Shown here in pieces: positions 9,421 to 20,459 of a stretch of DNA of 46,995 nucleotides. The translations under genes were made by a program, and so were the position numbers. The notes under the pieces were generated by a model. It saw only the letters and a program-made list of their open reading frames with translations. It was not told the origin of the DNA and did no database searches. Location of the stretch: assembly GCA_024277175.1 (NCBI GenBank), contig JAJRVT010000201.1, positions 1 to 46,995 of the forward strand, written 5' to 3'. How positions within the stretch are numbered: the stretch's first letter is position 1; every line of letters starts with the position of its first letter. The DNA comes from Chloroflexota bacterium (lineage in GTDB: Bacteria; Chloroflexota; Anaerolineae; Caldilineales; Caldilineaceae).

Positions 9421-12400
9421 ATGAAGCAAACTCTGCAGAGCCCAATGCATAACATGGCTAAACGATCGGTGACGACGCTAACTATGGCCCTTTTGTGGGC
9501 CGGCGTGTTGATTGCGCTGCTGCTAACCCCACGCGTAGCCGCGGCCCAGGGAGCGGTCCCCTACCTTCCCCAGTCCCTCGATGGCTGCTACGACGTTGCA
9601 GTCTACGGCGTCGGCCTCTATGACGGCGGCCAGGGACAAGTCACCATTCAACCGCCCCCGGGCGAAATTGTGCTGGCGTTGATAGAATGGGCGGGCGTCG
9701 AAGATACGACGCCTGGCGGCCTTACGCTGGATGGGACCAGTACGCTCACCATCAATGGCCAACCGGTGGTCGGCGCGCCGGCCGAGCCGCTCCAGTGGAA
9801 CGGCGGCGCCTTGATGGGCAACGCAGGCTATGACCCTCAGGGGTTCGCGGATGTGGGGCCGCGCGGCTGGTTCGCCTGGAACGCAGACATTGGGCCAGAT
9901 GGGCTGGAGTTTATCCCCGAGCACATGAGCCAACCGCTTACGTTGCAAATCGAGGACTGGGACGCGGCCACCATCGGCGGCCGTCGCGCTCGCCAAACCA
10001 ACGGCGCGTCCATCACCATCGTCTACCGCACCGATAGCGACGCCGATCCCGGCGTTTGCGGCGTGGAAAATAAAATTCAGATCCTGACGGGCATCGACAC
10101 CTATCACCAGAGCCAGAATCAGGACATCAGCGAGTTGCTGGTCTTCGACATTGACCCCGCCCCCATCGCGCGTACGGTGCGCATGTATTTCAGCCATGCC
10201 GGCACCGATCGCGGACAACAGGAATGCCGCGGCGGCGCGATCTGGATGGCCGTTGGCGACTCCTCGTCCACCCGCCCCGGCAGCGGCTTCTTTGTGCCTG
10301 AACATGACATTGTGGCCATCGGCGATACGAACCAGGACGGCGTGGCCCGAGGTTATGGCGTCAACGGCGGCGTGGAGATCGTCAACGATCCATTCACCTC
10401 GCCCAGCCTGCCTTGCACGCCCACGCTCAACCCCGCGCCCGATGAAACGTATGAACCCGGTCACCCCTACCCGGGCGGCGCGTCCACCGCACCGTACCGC
10501 TCACTGGCCATGGTCCCGCCCACAGGGGGTGATGTGGGCTGGCCAGGCGAATGGGGCGTGGTAGAGATGCGCGTCGTCGTCCCGCCCAACACCGAATGGA
10601 TGGCCTTCCAACTCGAATCGGAACGAGATCAGCACGGCGAATCGGGCGGATGGGTCGGCAACGGCGTCTTCGCCGTCATCCCCACCTCCACCCTGGGCGA
10701 CCGGGTGTGGGAGGACCTGGACGGCGATGGCATCCAGGACGCGGACGAGCCGGGCATTGCCGGCGCGACCATCAATCTCCGTAACGCCGCCGGTCAGTTG
10801 CTGGATTCGACCGCCACCAATGCGAACGGCCTCTACCAGTTCACAGATCTGGTCACCACCGACTATATCCTGGAGTTCGTCAAACCCGAGGGCTTCGCCC
10901 CCAGCCCCCAGAACGCGGGCGGACCGGGAAGCGAAGGCGTGGATAGCGACGCCGACCCGATCACGGGACGCACTGGGATCATCAGCCCCGCACCCAGCGA
11001 GGTGGACCTGGATTGGGACGCGGGCTTCTATCGCCAGGGCGCGCTGGGCGACACTGTCTGGATCGACGTCAACCGCAACGGCGTTCAGGATGAAGGGGAG
11101 CCGGGCTTGAACGGCGTCACGGTGCGTCTGCGCGGGGCCGGCGCGGACGACGTCTTTGGCACCAGCGATGACATCACCCGGCAGATGGTGACCGCGACCA
11201 ACGGCCAGAATGATGGGCGCTACCTCTTCGAGAACGTGTCACCCGGTCGCTATCGACTCACCTTCGACCTGCCAGCCGACTACCGTTTTACTCAGTCCAA
11301 TGTAGGCGACGACGACCGAGATTCGGACGCCGATCCGGCCACCGGCGAGACGGCCGCCTACGCCCTGATCTCCGGCGAGCGCAACCTGAGCGTCGACGCC
11401 GGCCTGATCCAACTGACGTCATCCATTCGCATCCAGAAGCTGCCCGATCTGCAGAAGATCGCGCGCGGCGCCACAGCCAACTTCCAACTGATCGTCCACA
11501 ACAACGGCGACAATCCACTCCACAATGTGACCGTCTCTGATCCGTTGGCGCCTGACTGCGACGCCAACATCGGCGATCTGAATACCGGCGCGCAGGTCAC
11601 CTATGGCTGCTCGCTGGCCGGCGTGGACGCGGACTTCGTCAACGTGGCCGCGGTCAGCGGCCAGGATGAGTTCGGCGTCCAGGTCAGCGATCAGGACAAC
11701 GCAGTGGTGGATGTGTTGCCGACGGTGGCCTTGACCAAGAGCGCCGCTCCCATCACACGGCCGGAGCCAGGCGGCGATTTCATCTTTACGCTGACCGTTC
11801 ACAACACCGCCAGCGAGCCGGTGACCATCACAGCGCTGAACGACACGAACCCGCTCAGCCGGGCCTGTCTCGATCTGATTGGAGAGACTCTGGCCGTGGA
11901 CGAGACGCACACATGCAGCTATGGGGTTCATCACACGGAAATCGCGGTCTATAAGAACGAAGCCGCCGTCACCGTGGAGGATGACGAGGGCAACCCGGCC
12001 CAGGCCAGCGCTCAGGCGACGGTCGAGGTCTTCGACGTCCCCCCCACCATTCGCGTGGTCAAAGAGGCGGACCCTGGCTTTGTTCTCCAGACTGGCGGCC
12101 AGGTGACCTTCACCGTGAGTATCTCCAACACCACGGTCGAGGAACTAACGCTATTTTTCCTGGAAGATGACATCCATGGCCCGCTGAATGGCCAGGGGAC
12201 CTGCGCCCTGCCCCAGACCCTGACGGTGGGCGGTGGCTACGCCTGTGCGTTCACTGCTTTCGTCACGCCCGGCGAAGATGGCGAGATTGATACAGTGACA
12301 GCCAAAGCCCGAGACGACGAAGGGAATGAGGCCAGCGCATCCGATACGGCCACGGTGTTACCCCTCACCCCCCGGGCTGAGTCAAGCGTCGGCGACTATG

Positions 12401-13104
12401 TCTGGCTGGACGCCAACGCCGACGGCATCCAGGATGAGGGTGAATCAGGCGTGGCTGGCGTCAAGGTGGAGTTGTTCAAGGCCGATGGGCAGGCTGCAGG
12501 CGTAACGGAGACGGACGCCGACGGTCATTATCTGTTCAAAGACCTGATTGCGGGCGACTACTACGTGGTGGTGACGCCCATGGCGAACAGCGGCGAATTC
12601 ATCGGCTTCAGTCCCATGCACCAGGGCGATGACCTGACCAAAGACAGCGATGTCTACCGCATCACTGAGGGTGATGTGGTCAAAGGTCGCACCGAGGTTT
12701 TCACCTTGGCGACCAAAGTGCAGGACTTGACGCGCGACGCAGGCCTGATCGCACCCACCGTCGTTGACCTGGCCAGCTTTACAGTGGAGCCCCATGGCGA
12801 CGCCGTGGTGATCGAGTGGGTGACCGACGCCGAAGCGGGAACCCTGGGCTATCATCTCTTCCGGGGCACGTCGCCGCTGCGCGTGGAGGCCGTCCGCATC
12901 ACCGGTGACCTGATTCCCAGCCAGGGGAGCGACGGTGGGGTTTACACGTTCACCGACGATTCTGTGGTCAACGACGTCACCTTCTACTACTGGCTGCGGG
13001 AAGTGGCGGGAGAGGAGTACACGGAATACGGTCCGGTGAGCATCATGGTCAGCAACGCAACCAATGCGGGCAGGCTCTTCCTGCCGCTGGTCAAAAGCGA
13101 GTGA
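9421..13104 (+). CDS. large secreted cell-surface protein with 3 SdrD-B/Cna-B-like repeats and 3 DUF11 repeat domains
   Basis: Signal peptide ([21 protein letters not shown]); repeated GDxVWxDxNxDGxQDxxExG...NGxYxF SdrD-B units; DUF11-like [13 protein letters not shown] units; highly acidic. Confidence 0.75.
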   Translation: MKQTLQSPMHNMAKRSVTTLTMALLWAGVLIALLLTPRVAAAQGAVPYLPQSLDGCYDVAVYGVGLYDGGQGQVTIQPPPGEIVLALIEWAGVEDTTPGGLTLDGTSTLTINGQPVVGAPAEPLQWNGGALMGNAGYDPQGFADVGPRGWFAWNADIGPDGLEFIPEHMSQPLTLQIEDWDAATIGGRRARQTNGASITIVYRTDSDADPGVCGVENKIQILTGIDTYHQSQNQDISELLVFDIDPAPIARTVRMYFSHAGTDRGQQECRGGAIWMAVGDSSSTRPGSGFFVPEHDIVAIGDTNQDGVARGYGVNGGVEIVNDPFTSPSLPCTPTLNPAPDETYEPGHPYPGGASTAPYRSLAMVPPTGGDVGWPGEWGVVEMRVVVPPNTEWMAFQLESERDQHGESGGWVGNGVFAVIPTSTLGDRVWEDLDGDGIQDADEPGIAGATINLRNAAGQLLDSTATNANGLYQFTDLVTTDYILEFVKPEGFAPSPQNAGGPGSEGVDSDADPITGRTGIISPAPSEVDLDWDAGFYRQGALGDTVWIDVNRNGVQDEGEPGLNGVTVRLRGAGADDVFGTSDDITRQMVTATNGQNDGRYLFENVSPGRYRLTFDLPADYRFTQSNVGDDDRDSDADPATGETAAYALISGERNLSVDAGLIQLTSSIRIQKLPDLQKIARGATANFQLIVHNNGDNPLHNVTVSDPLAPDCDANIGDLNTGAQVTYGCSLAGVDADFVNVAAVSGQDEFGVQVSDQDNAVVDVLPTVALTKSAAPITRPEPGGDFIFTLTVHNTASEPVTITALNDTNPLSRACLDLIGETLAVDETHTCSYGVHHTEIAVYKNEAAVTVEDDEGNPAQASAQATVEVFDVPPTIRVVKEADPGFVLQTGGQVTFTVSISNTTVEELTLFFLEDDIHGPLNGQGTCALPQTLTVGGGYACAFTAFVTPGEDGEIDTVTAKARDDEGNEASASDTATVLPLTPRAESSVGDYVWLDANADGIQDEGESGVAGVKVELFKADGQAAGVTETDADGHYLFKDLIAGDYYVVVTPMANSGEFIGFSPMHQGDDLTKDSDVYRITEGDVVKGRTEVFTLATKVQDLTRDAGLIAPTVVDLASFTVEPHGDAVVIEWVTDAEAGTLGYHLFRGTSPLRVEAVRITGDLIPSQGSDGGVYTFTDDSVVNDVTFYYWLREVAGEEYTEYGPVSIMVSNATNAGRLFLPLVKSE

Positions 13105-14321
13105 GGGAGCAACCTATGCCTGAAACCATCCTCTGCCTGGCCAGCTACTTCAAAGGCGGGGCCTTCATCGAAGAGTGCAAACAACAGGGGTTGCACACCA
13201 TCCTCATCACCACCGATGATCTGCAGGACGAAGCCTGGCCCCGGGAAGCCATCGATGAGTTCTTCACCTTTCCCGGTCCCAACCTCTCCCGCCAGCCGGA
13301 CATCACCTACGCGGTGAGCTACCTGGCCCGGGACCGCCAGATCGACCGCATCATCGCGCTGGACGACTACGACGTCGAGACCGCGGCTGCGCTGCGCGAG
13401 CACCTGCGCACGCCGGGCATGGGCAGCACGACCGCGCGCTATTTCCGTGACAAGCTGGCCATGCGCGTCCAGGCGCGCGACCACGGCATCCCTGTGCCGG
13501 ACTTCGTTCACGCGCTCAACTATGACCGGCTGCGGGAATACATGGCGAGCGCGCCGCCGCCCTGGGTGCTCAAACCCCGCTCGGAAGCCAGCGCCATGGG
13601 CATCAAGAAGATCAGCCACCCGGACGAACTGTGGACGCACCTGGAGGCGCTGGGCGATCGCCAGTCCTTCTTCGTGCTGGAAAAGTTCTTGCCCGGCGAC
13701 GTCTATCACATCGACTCGATTATATCGGAGAAGGAAGTCGTCTTCACTCGCAGCCACAAATACGGCATGCCGCCCATGAGCGTCTACCAGGGCGGCGGCG
13801 TCTTCGTGACCGGCTCCGTCCCCAGAGGCGGGGAGGAGGATCTGGCGCTCCAGGAGTTGAATCGCCAGATCGTGGAAGCCTTTGGTATGGTGCGCGGCGT
13901 CACCCACACCGAATTTATCCGCGCCCATGAGGATGGCCGCTTCTACTTCCTGGAGACCGCGGCCCGGGTCGGCGGCGCGGGCACGGATATGCTGATCCAG
14001 GCCGAATCGGGCGTCAATCTGTGGCGGGAATGGGCGAAAATCGAGGTGAACTACCTGCGGGGCGCGCCCTATCGCGCGCCGGTGACCCAGAGCAACTACG
14101 CCGCGCTCATGGTCTGCCTGACCGGGGAGGAGTGGCCGGACGTCTCCCGCTTCGATGCGCCGGAGATCGTCTGGCGCATGCCCAAGGCCCACCACGTGGG
14201 CATGGTGGTGGCCTCGCCGGGCTATGACCGGGTCCAGCAATTGGTCAGCGAATACGTGCCCATCCTGGCGTCCGACTACATGGCGGTCGCTCCGCCCATG
14301 GAATCGGCGACGGGGGAGTAA
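13101..14321 (+). CDS. ATP-grasp domain ligase (L-amino-acid-ligase / RimK-like fold)
   Basis: ATP-grasp signatures ([45 protein letters not shown]); start overlaps stop of upstream gene (ATGA, 4-nt overlap). Confidence 0.7.
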   Translation: MREQPMPETILCLASYFKGGAFIEECKQQGLHTILITTDDLQDEAWPREAIDEFFTFPGPNLSRQPDITYAVSYLARDRQIDRIIALDDYDVETAAALREHLRTPGMGSTTARYFRDKLAMRVQARDHGIPVPDFVHALNYDRLREYMASAPPPWVLKPRSEASAMGIKKISHPDELWTHLEALGDRQSFFVLEKFLPGDVYHIDSIISEKEVVFTRSHKYGMPPMSVYQGGGVFVTGSVPRGGEEDLALQELNRQIVEAFGMVRGVTHTEFIRAHEDGRFYFLETAARVGGAGTDMLIQAESGVNLWREWAKIEVNYLRGAPYRAPVTQSNYAALMVCLTGEEWPDVSRFDAPEIVWRMPKAHHVGMVVASPGYDRVQQLVSEYVPILASDYMAVAPPMESATGE

Positions 14322-14324
14322 AAA

Positions 14325-14409
14325 GGAGATTGAGGATTGAGGAGATTGGGTAGATATTTCTGACGCTCCATGCGTCCAGTCTCCAATCTCTCAATCTCTT
14401 ACCCAATCC
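14325..14409. repeat. imperfect palindromic repeat element built from GAGATTG units (family A, copy 1)
   Basis: ggagattgaggattgaggagattgggta ... tctccaatctctcaatctcttacccaatcc; between convergent ATP-grasp and htpG genes. Confidence 0.6.
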
Positions 14410-14415
14410 GCCCCC

Positions 14416-16347
14416 TTATGCCTCATTCCCCTCCACATGCGCGGACACCGCACTCTCCATCAGCGTCTGGATGCGCGCCACCATTTCGGCAGGGTCGGTG
14501 AGCAGGCCGTCCATGAGTTGGGCGTTGTCGAATAGCTGCTCGATGGAGACGTCCAGCAGTGGGTCGTCCGGGTTGCTCTCCAAGATCCGGGCCAGATTGG
14601 CAACGATGGGGTGCTTGCGGTTGATCTCCAGTACCTTCTTGGGCGCTTCGTACTCCTCATCCATGAAGCGACGGACGCGCTGAAGGTCGCGGTCAAAGCT
14701 GTCCTCGGGCGAGACCAGACGGCAGGGACTGTCCACCAGTTGTTTGGATTCGCGCACGTCCAACACCCGCTCACCCAGCACCTCTTTGAAGCGCCCGGCC
14801 AGCTTGGCCAGGGTCTCCTCGCTGACGGCTCCGGCGTCCTCCTCGGTTTCGGATTCATCCTCCGGCAAGTCCAGGCCGGCGTCGTCGATGTTGCGCAGGG
14901 CCTTGCCATCGAACTCGCGCAGGTTGGCGATCATGAAGCCGTCGATGGCGTCCACCAACAGCAACACCTCGATGTCGTGGGCGCGGAAGTAATCCAGATG
15001 GGGACTGCGCAGGGTGGACTTAAGGTCATCGCCCAGCACATAGTAGATCTCCTGCTGTTCCTCGCCCATGCGCTCCACATATTCCGGTAACGAAGTCCAC
15101 TCCTCCTCGCCCGCGGCGTTGGTGGAATGGAAGCGCAGCAGTTCCACCAGCGCGTCCTTGTTGGTGAAATCGACGGCGATCCCCTCCTTCAGGAAGACGC
15201 CAAATTCACGCCAGAACTGGCTGTAACGGTCCGGCTCCTTATCAGCCAAGCTCTTCAGTTCCTTGAGCATGCGCCCGGTGAGGGCCTTGCGGATCTGACG
15301 CATGGCGGGGTTGGTCTGCACCATCTCGCGCGACACGTTGAGCGGCAGGTCCTCGGAATCGACCACGCCCTCCACAAAGCGCAGATATTCGGGCAGCAAA
15401 TCCTTGTTGCGCTCCTGGATCAGCACCTTGCGCGAGTAGAGGCGCAGGCCGTGATCCACCCGCGGGTTGAGCAGGCTCCCCTCCCGCTTGGCGGGCACGT
15501 AGAGGAGGGCGCGCAGGTTAACGGGCATGTCCGCCACCATGTGCACGTGCAGCAGCGGCTTCTCGAAGTCCAGGGTCAGTTGCTGGTAGAACTCGTCATA
15601 CTCCTCCGACTCCACCTTGGAGGGCGTCTGTCGCCAGAGTGCGGTCTGGCGGTTGACGGGCTGGCGCGCGTCTTCATCCACCTCCTCAGCCGTCTCGTCG
15701 ATGACGTAGATGGGGAAGGAGACATAGTCCGAATGCTTCTTGATGATCTGTTCCAGTCGCCAGGCGCTGGCGTACTCAGCGGCGTCGGCCTTGAGCCTGA
15801 TGTGGACGTCCGTCCCCCGGCTGCTCTTGTCTGCCGGCGTCAGTTCATAGCGGCTGTCCCCCGCGGAGCGCCAGCTCCAGGCCTCGTCTTCAGGGCGATA
15901 GGAACGGGAGGTGACGGTCACTTCCTCGGCTACGGTGAAGACCGAGTAGAAGCCCACGCCGAACTGGCCGATGATCTCCTCCAGAGAAGCCTTCCCCTCT
16001 TTGGCGCTGTCCAGGAAGGCCCGCGCGCCCGAATGGGCGATGACGCCCAGGTTTTCGATCAGTTCGTCATGGTTCATGCCCACGCCCGTGTCACTGACGG
16101 TAATGGTCTTCTCATCCGGGTTGAAACGCACCCAGATGGCCAGCTTGGCGTCCGGGTCGATCACGTCGTGGTTGGTGAGCATCTCGAACTGGACGCGATT
16201 GAGCGCGTCCGAAGCATTGGAAATCAGCTCGCGCAGAAAGATCTCCCGGTCCGTGTAGAGGGAGTGTGCCAGGATATCGAGCAATTGTTTGACTTCAGTG
16301 CGATATTCGCGCGCTTCCGGCGCGGTTTGTGTAGCTGTCATAAACAT
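14416..16347 (-). CDS. htpG: molecular chaperone HtpG (Hsp90)
   Basis: [26 protein letters not shown] ATPase N-domain, full-length ~640 aa. Confidence 0.9.
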   Translation of the reverse strand: MFMTATQTAPEAREYRTEVKQLLDILAHSLYTDREIFLRELISNASDALNRVQFEMLTNHDVIDPDAKLAIWVRFNPDEKTITVSDTGVGMNHDELIENLGVIAHSGARAFLDSAKEGKASLEEIIGQFGVGFYSVFTVAEEVTVTSRSYRPEDEAWSWRSAGDSRYELTPADKSSRGTDVHIRLKADAAEYASAWRLEQIIKKHSDYVSFPIYVIDETAEEVDEDARQPVNRQTALWRQTPSKVESEEYDEFYQQLTLDFEKPLLHVHMVADMPVNLRALLYVPAKREGSLLNPRVDHGLRLYSRKVLIQERNKDLLPEYLRFVEGVVDSEDLPLNVSREMVQTNPAMRQIRKALTGRMLKELKSLADKEPDRYSQFWREFGVFLKEGIAVDFTNKDALVELLRFHSTNAAGEEEWTSLPEYVERMGEEQQEIYYVLGDDLKSTLRSPHLDYFRAHDIEVLLLVDAIDGFMIANLREFDGKALRNIDDAGLDLPEDESETEEDAGAVSEETLAKLAGRFKEVLGERVLDVRESKQLVDSPCRLVSPEDSFDRDLQRVRRFMDEEYEAPKKVLEINRKHPIVANLARILESNPDDPLLDVSIEQLFDNAQLMDGLLTDPAEMVARIQTLMESAVSAHVEGNEA

Positions 16348-16374
16348 TCTCCATCATTTGAATCAACTGCTCAT

Positions 16375-16403
16375 CTTCCAGAAAGTTGCGAGTTTTCTGG
16401 AAG
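16375..16403. promoter_or_regulatory. 10-bp inverted repeat CTTCCAGAAA-N9-TTTCTGGAAG in htpG leader
   Basis: perfect dyad 28 nt upstream of htpG start codon; candidate heat-shock operator or leader hairpin. Confidence 0.35.
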
Positions 16404-16547
16404 GCGAAAGCGGCTAACGTATTTAAAATATATCCATTTGAATCCATCCCGCGTTGATGCATTCTTCAGCATCTCCACCACTGTAACACGGAAAGCAAAG
16501 AATGACGTCAGAGATTTGTTAGAAGTTTGCTAATACGGGTGTAACCA

Positions 16548-17036
16548 TCAGTCGCCGAAGAGGGGGATCTCGTCGCCTGGCTCCCAGTCTGCGCCGGGCG
16601 GCGCCGTGTTCACCATCCAGCCGGAAAAGCCGACCAGAAAGGTCCAGAATCCGTCCAGATATTCGGGCGGGAAGTGGTAGGCGGCGGGCGCGTTGTCCAG
16701 CACCCGGCGGAAACAGGCCAGCCATTCCTGCCGGGCCGGCTCATCGATGGGAAAGGGAAGATGGCGTCCTCGCATCATGGGGCGGCCATATTGCTGCTGA
16801 TAAAGGGGCGGCCCACCCAGCAGGGTGACGAAGAACGCGGCCGACTTACGCGAGGTGCGGCGCATAGCCTCCTCGCCCCGGGGAAACATGCCCGCGATGG
16901 ACGAATGGGCCAGTTCGACGTAGAAGTCCTCCAACATCCTGAAAATATTCTCCTCGCCCATCTGTGCATAGATGGCCGGATTCGGACGCTCCAACCGCGG
17001 CGGTCCGCCGGGCGGCGTATAGATGGGTCGGTTCAT
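16548..17036 (-). CDS. group II truncated hemoglobin (bacterial-like globin, GlbO type)
   Basis: FYxxV...MFP...HxPFPI truncated-globin pattern; annotated upstream extension (MTRIFNLTFHSG) is translation of a palindromic repeat, so start set at MNRPIY with AGGAGA RBS. Confidence 0.7.
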   Translation of the reverse strand: MNRPIYTPPGGPPRLERPNPAIYAQMGEENIFRMLEDFYVELAHSSIAGMFPRGEEAMRRTSRKSAAFFVTLLGGPPLYQQQYGRPMMRGRHLPFPIDEPARQEWLACFRRVLDNAPAAYHFPPEYLDGFWTFLVGFSGWMVNTAPPGADWEPGDEIPLFGD

Positions 17037-17054
17037 GGGGTCTCCTGAATGAAA

Positions 17055-17104
17055 CGTGAGATTGAAGATTCGGGTCATGTAATCTCCTAATCTCCAATCT
17101 CACG
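17055..17104. repeat. palindromic GAGATTG-unit element (family A, copy 2)
   Basis: cgtgagattgaagatt ... aatctcctaatctccaatctcacg; in leader of truncated-hemoglobin gene. Confidence 0.6.
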
Positions 17105-17220
17105 CTTTAGGCTACTTCAAGAAAATAAATACACGTCATATCCCCGGCACTTTCCAGTCGCACTCTGGTCAGCGCCAAACTCGTGACAAGTGCCGGGGAC
17201 GTTAATTCCCAGGAAGGGCC

Positions 17221-18381
17221 TTACGCATCACGTTCCACAACAAATCGCTCATACTCATTCTCGCACGGCTGACCCCAAACCGCCCAAAGTTCGCGGGTGG
17301 TGGGGGACATGATGCAGGCGCCGGCGCTTTCCACGTCGTATTCAGGAACAGCGTGCGCACAGATGGAGGGACCGTCCGCCTCGTGGTGACGGGTCATCTC
17401 CATAAGCGTATCCACGGTGATGCGTCCCTGTTGCCGGCGCAGGATGTGATCGGCCTGCTGGAAGCGGGCGCGGGTGCTGGCCAGGGAGTAGGGCGCGCGA
17501 TCCCGTTCCAGCGCTTGCAGGGCGGGGATCATGCAGTGGTTGGTATGGGCAGCGACCGTCTCCACCGGCGTCACCCGCTGGCGGGTGGCCATGCGCTCCA
17601 CCTGGTACCCCCGCAACTTACCGTCCGCGCCCGGGCCCATGAACGCATAGTTGTGCGCTCCGGAAAGGGGCGCGTTGCTCAGCGCGGCCAGCGCGTCCTC
17701 CACCGTGGACTGGGCCAGCATCTTGCGCACGACGAAGGGCCAGTGGACGCCGGGTCGCCCGTCCGCGGCCACCAGGTTGTTGATGCCCACCGCCACGCCA
17801 TGCTCGTTCATGCCGATCATGCCCACGCAGCCGGTGATGGTGAAGGTCATGAACGCGGGTGCGTCTTCGGGCCGGGCGTCGAGCATGAGCACATAGGGCG
17901 TGGCGGATGTGTTCATGTCCCACGTCTGGCCCACATAGCCCCGGCCGTCGCCACTGGCCTCGAGATCGACCACGAACGCGGTGCAGCCACCGCCGTCCCC
18001 GTCACCGGTCACGCCCGGGATCGCGGGAGCCAACTCGTTCCTGACCCGGTCCAGGGCCTGGGGGCTGGCGGTCACGTCCACGAAATCGGTGAAGCCGTTC
18101 ATGATGATCAGTTCGTTGACGCCCAGTCCCGTAGCGTCGGCCAGCCCCCGAATCTCCGCCATCAACTCGGGTGCGTACGCTTCATGGTAGGGCAGGCAGG
18201 CCGCGCCCAGGGCCAACACGTCAGCGTGGCTCACTTGCCGGCCGCCATTCCAGAAAGGCTCGGCGGCCAGCCGCACCCGCTCCTCGGTCAGGCGGACGAT
18301 GTCGTCAGCATAGGCTTGTCCATGTCGGTAACCCATCTCATAAGGGGAGCCAAACAGTTGAAGCTTGCGGATTTTGTGCAT
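17221..18381 (-). CDS. C45-family Ntn hydrolase / acyl-CoA:6-aminopenicillanic-acid acyltransferase-like protein
   Basis: GGGCTAFVV motif with nucleophile Cys typical of AAT/C45 family; ~380 aa. Confidence 0.65.
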   Translation of the reverse strand: MHKIRKLQLFGSPYEMGYRHGQAYADDIVRLTEERVRLAAEPFWNGGRQVSHADVLALGAACLPYHEAYAPELMAEIRGLADATGLGVNELIIMNGFTDFVDVTASPQALDRVRNELAPAIPGVTGDGDGGGCTAFVVDLEASGDGRGYVGQTWDMNTSATPYVLMLDARPEDAPAFMTFTITGCVGMIGMNEHGVAVGINNLVAADGRPGVHWPFVVRKMLAQSTVEDALAALSNAPLSGAHNYAFMGPGADGKLRGYQVERMATRQRVTPVETVAAHTNHCMIPALQALERDRAPYSLASTRARFQQADHILRRQQGRITVDTLMEMTRHHEADGPSICAHAVPEYDVESAGACIMSPTTRELWAVWGQPCENEYERFVVERDA

Positions 18382-18393
18382 AGTATCTCCAGA

Positions 18394-18873
18394 CTACGGG
18401 ATCACCTGATCGCCCTTGCCCGCCAACTGGCGCAGATATTCCGTCTGACCGGTGTGGTAGGTCTCGTGCCAGCTCAGAAAGCTCAACTGCGCGCCCACAT
18501 CCTGATCCGCGCCTTCGAGGACCGCGTCCAACGCTGCCGGCGACATCTCCTTGATGCGGGCCAGCAAAGGCTCCTGGGAGGCGACAAGATCCCCCATGAT
18601 CTTTTCCATGCACAGGGCCTGGGCGTCATCGGTAATAGGGTCGGACCCCCGGCCGTAGCGGGCGTACTCGGCGTTGTCCCACAGGGGGTCGACGCCGGCG
18701 ATAGCGAGCATGCGTCCCCGCGACGCCACTAGGTGCCCCAGCACCCAGTTCAAACAGTTACCCTGAAAGGGGAGTTGTAACAGGCTGTCCTCATGGGTCA
18801 GGCCGTTAGTCTGGGCCATGAGGATATTGTAGTTGAGCTTGAGTTCGCGCACCAGTTGTCTGGATAGTTCCAT
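18394..18873 (-). CDS. DinB/YfiT-like (DinB_2) metal-dependent protein
   Basis: WHETYHTGQ motif; start placed at MELSRQ preceded by AGGAGG RBS. Confidence 0.65.
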   Translation of the reverse strand: MELSRQLVRELKLNYNILMAQTNGLTHEDSLLQLPFQGNCLNWVLGHLVASRGRMLAIAGVDPLWDNAEYARYGRGSDPITDDAQALCMEKIMGDLVASQEPLLARIKEMSPAALDAVLEGADQDVGAQLSFLSWHETYHTGQTEYLRQLAGKGDQVIP

Positions 18874-19116
18874 AATTCCTCCTGTGAACTTCTGCTGTGA
18901 ATCGCGGGTAATGATTCGGCCGAACAATCACCACCGATAAAAGACAAGCCAATCAAGTGGAATGAACGTTTCAAGGGGCGGGCGTTGACATTGTAGAGGA
19001 GAAGGGGAGAGGCGTCAACTCGTCCCCCATTGACAGGCCCTCATACAGCGTGATAGGATGCCCTCGTTGGCGGCTAATCGACACAACGCTCGTCATAACG
19101 AAGGAAAGGGAGCAAC

Positions 19117-19548
19117 ATGGGCGTGGTTCATCGTTTCCAGGGCGACGACGGAGAATGGGACTGGGCAGGCGTCTCCTGCACCGATCTGCAACCCGGCATC
19201 ACCGCCCGACGCTTCATCAGCCGGCAGGACGGGTCGAACAACCTGGAGTTGCGCTATTTCGAGATCGAACCGGGCGCGCGCAGCAACCATGAGCAGCACA
19301 ACTACGAGCACGCCGTCCTCATTCTGCGCGGTCGGGGGACCATTCTGCTGGGCGAAAAGGTTGTCCCTGTCCAATTTGGCGACGCCGTCTTTGTGGAAGC
19401 GGATGAGGTTCATCAGTTCCGCGCGGCCGAGGATGAGCCGCTGGGATTCCTCTGCACCGTGCTGGACAAAGAACTGCGGGTCAAGGTGCATGGGGAGCAG
19501 ACGCTGGTCATCTTCGATGATGAGATGGGCGAGGCGATGCAAGGCTAA
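19117..19548 (+). CDS. cupin-domain protein
   Basis: two-motif cupin pattern (HxxxHxxxxE...G...H: NHEQHNYEHAVLILRGRG ... VHQF). Confidence 0.65.
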   Translation: MGVVHRFQGDDGEWDWAGVSCTDLQPGITARRFISRQDGSNNLELRYFEIEPGARSNHEQHNYEHAVLILRGRGTILLGEKVVPVQFGDAVFVEADEVHQFRAAEDEPLGFLCTVLDKELRVKVHGEQTLVIFDDEMGEAMQG

Positions 19549-19573
19549 ATCCGGCGGCGGGCACAAACAACCC

Positions 19574-19654
19574 GACGCAGAGACGCCAAGGCACAGAGCT
19601 CGCAGAGAAAAGCAACAACTCTTTGCGTCCCTCTGCATCTCTGCGCCCTGACGT
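19574..19654. repeat. GCAGAGA-unit palindromic element (family C, copy 1)
   Basis: gacgcagagacgccaaggcacagagctcgcagagaaaagc // tctttgcgtccctctgcatctctgcgccctgacg; between convergent cupin and hsp20 genes. Confidence 0.6.
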
Positions 19655-19716
19655 TAAAAACGGCGGGTATCCAAAAAATGAGACCCCGGCTGAAAAAGCC
19701 GAGGCCTTGGAAAACA

Positions 19717-20184
19717 CTACTTCTTGTGCTCGATCTGCTTGCGGATCGCGATCTTCTTGGGTTTGACCTCTTCAGTCTTGGGCAGGTAGAGGGTCAGCAC
19801 GCCGTTCTCGTTGATGGCTTCCACCTTGTCGGCCTGGACCGTGGCCGGCAGCGCGATGCTGCGGGTGAAGCGCCCGAAACGGCGTTCGCGCAGGTGATAG
19901 TTCTTCTCTTCGATTTCCTCGTCCTGCTTCATCTCCCCCTTGATGGTCAGCACGTTGTCGGTCAGCGTGACCTCGATATCATCGGGATCGACGCCGGGCA
20001 GGGACGCCTTCACCGTGTATTTGTCATCGTCCTCGACCACGTCCAGCGCCAGGCTCCACTCGTCGATCATGGGGCGCTCCCACAGGACGCTCCGCTGCAT
20101 GAAGGGTTCCTCGAAGAGGCGATCCATGGTGTTGCGCAAAGCAGCCATCTCGCGGAAGGGATCCCAACGTACGATGCTTGTCAT
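19717..20184 (-). CDS. Hsp20/alpha-crystallin family small heat-shock protein
   Basis: MTSIVRWDPF...ACD core...IAIRK C-terminal; start at second Met with GGAGGAGG RBS. Confidence 0.85.
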   Translation of the reverse strand: MTSIVRWDPFREMAALRNTMDRLFEEPFMQRSVLWERPMIDEWSLALDVVEDDDKYTVKASLPGVDPDDIEVTLTDNVLTIKGEMKQDEEIEEKNYHLRERRFGRFTRSIALPATVQADKVEAINENGVLTLYLPKTEEVKPKKIAIRKQIEHKK

Positions 20185-20378
20185 TTTGCACCTCCTCATT
20201 CTATCTGAATTTTGCTAACGACAATCCATGTATACGCAACAGATATGAGTTGAACATCGGGGAAAACGGGGCGAGTCACACCCAGCCGCCGCTCCCTCAT
20301 CTCGATTATCACTATCGCGCAAAAATGTAAGATGGACGTAAGTCAAATATTAGCAAAATGTCAGAGAATAGAGGGAGG

Positions 20379-20456
20379 CAGGGTGAGGGGGTGACAAGAT
20401 GACAGGATGACAAGGTGACCGCACCCTGTCACCCCCTCATCTCGTCACCCTGTCAC
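20379..20456. repeat. GACAAGATGACAGG-unit palindromic element (family B, copy 1)
   Basis: cagggtgagggggtgacaagatgacaggatgacaaggtgacc // ccctgtcaccccctcatctcgtcaccctgtcac, directly after rny stop. Confidence 0.6.
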
Positions 20457-20459
20457 GCT

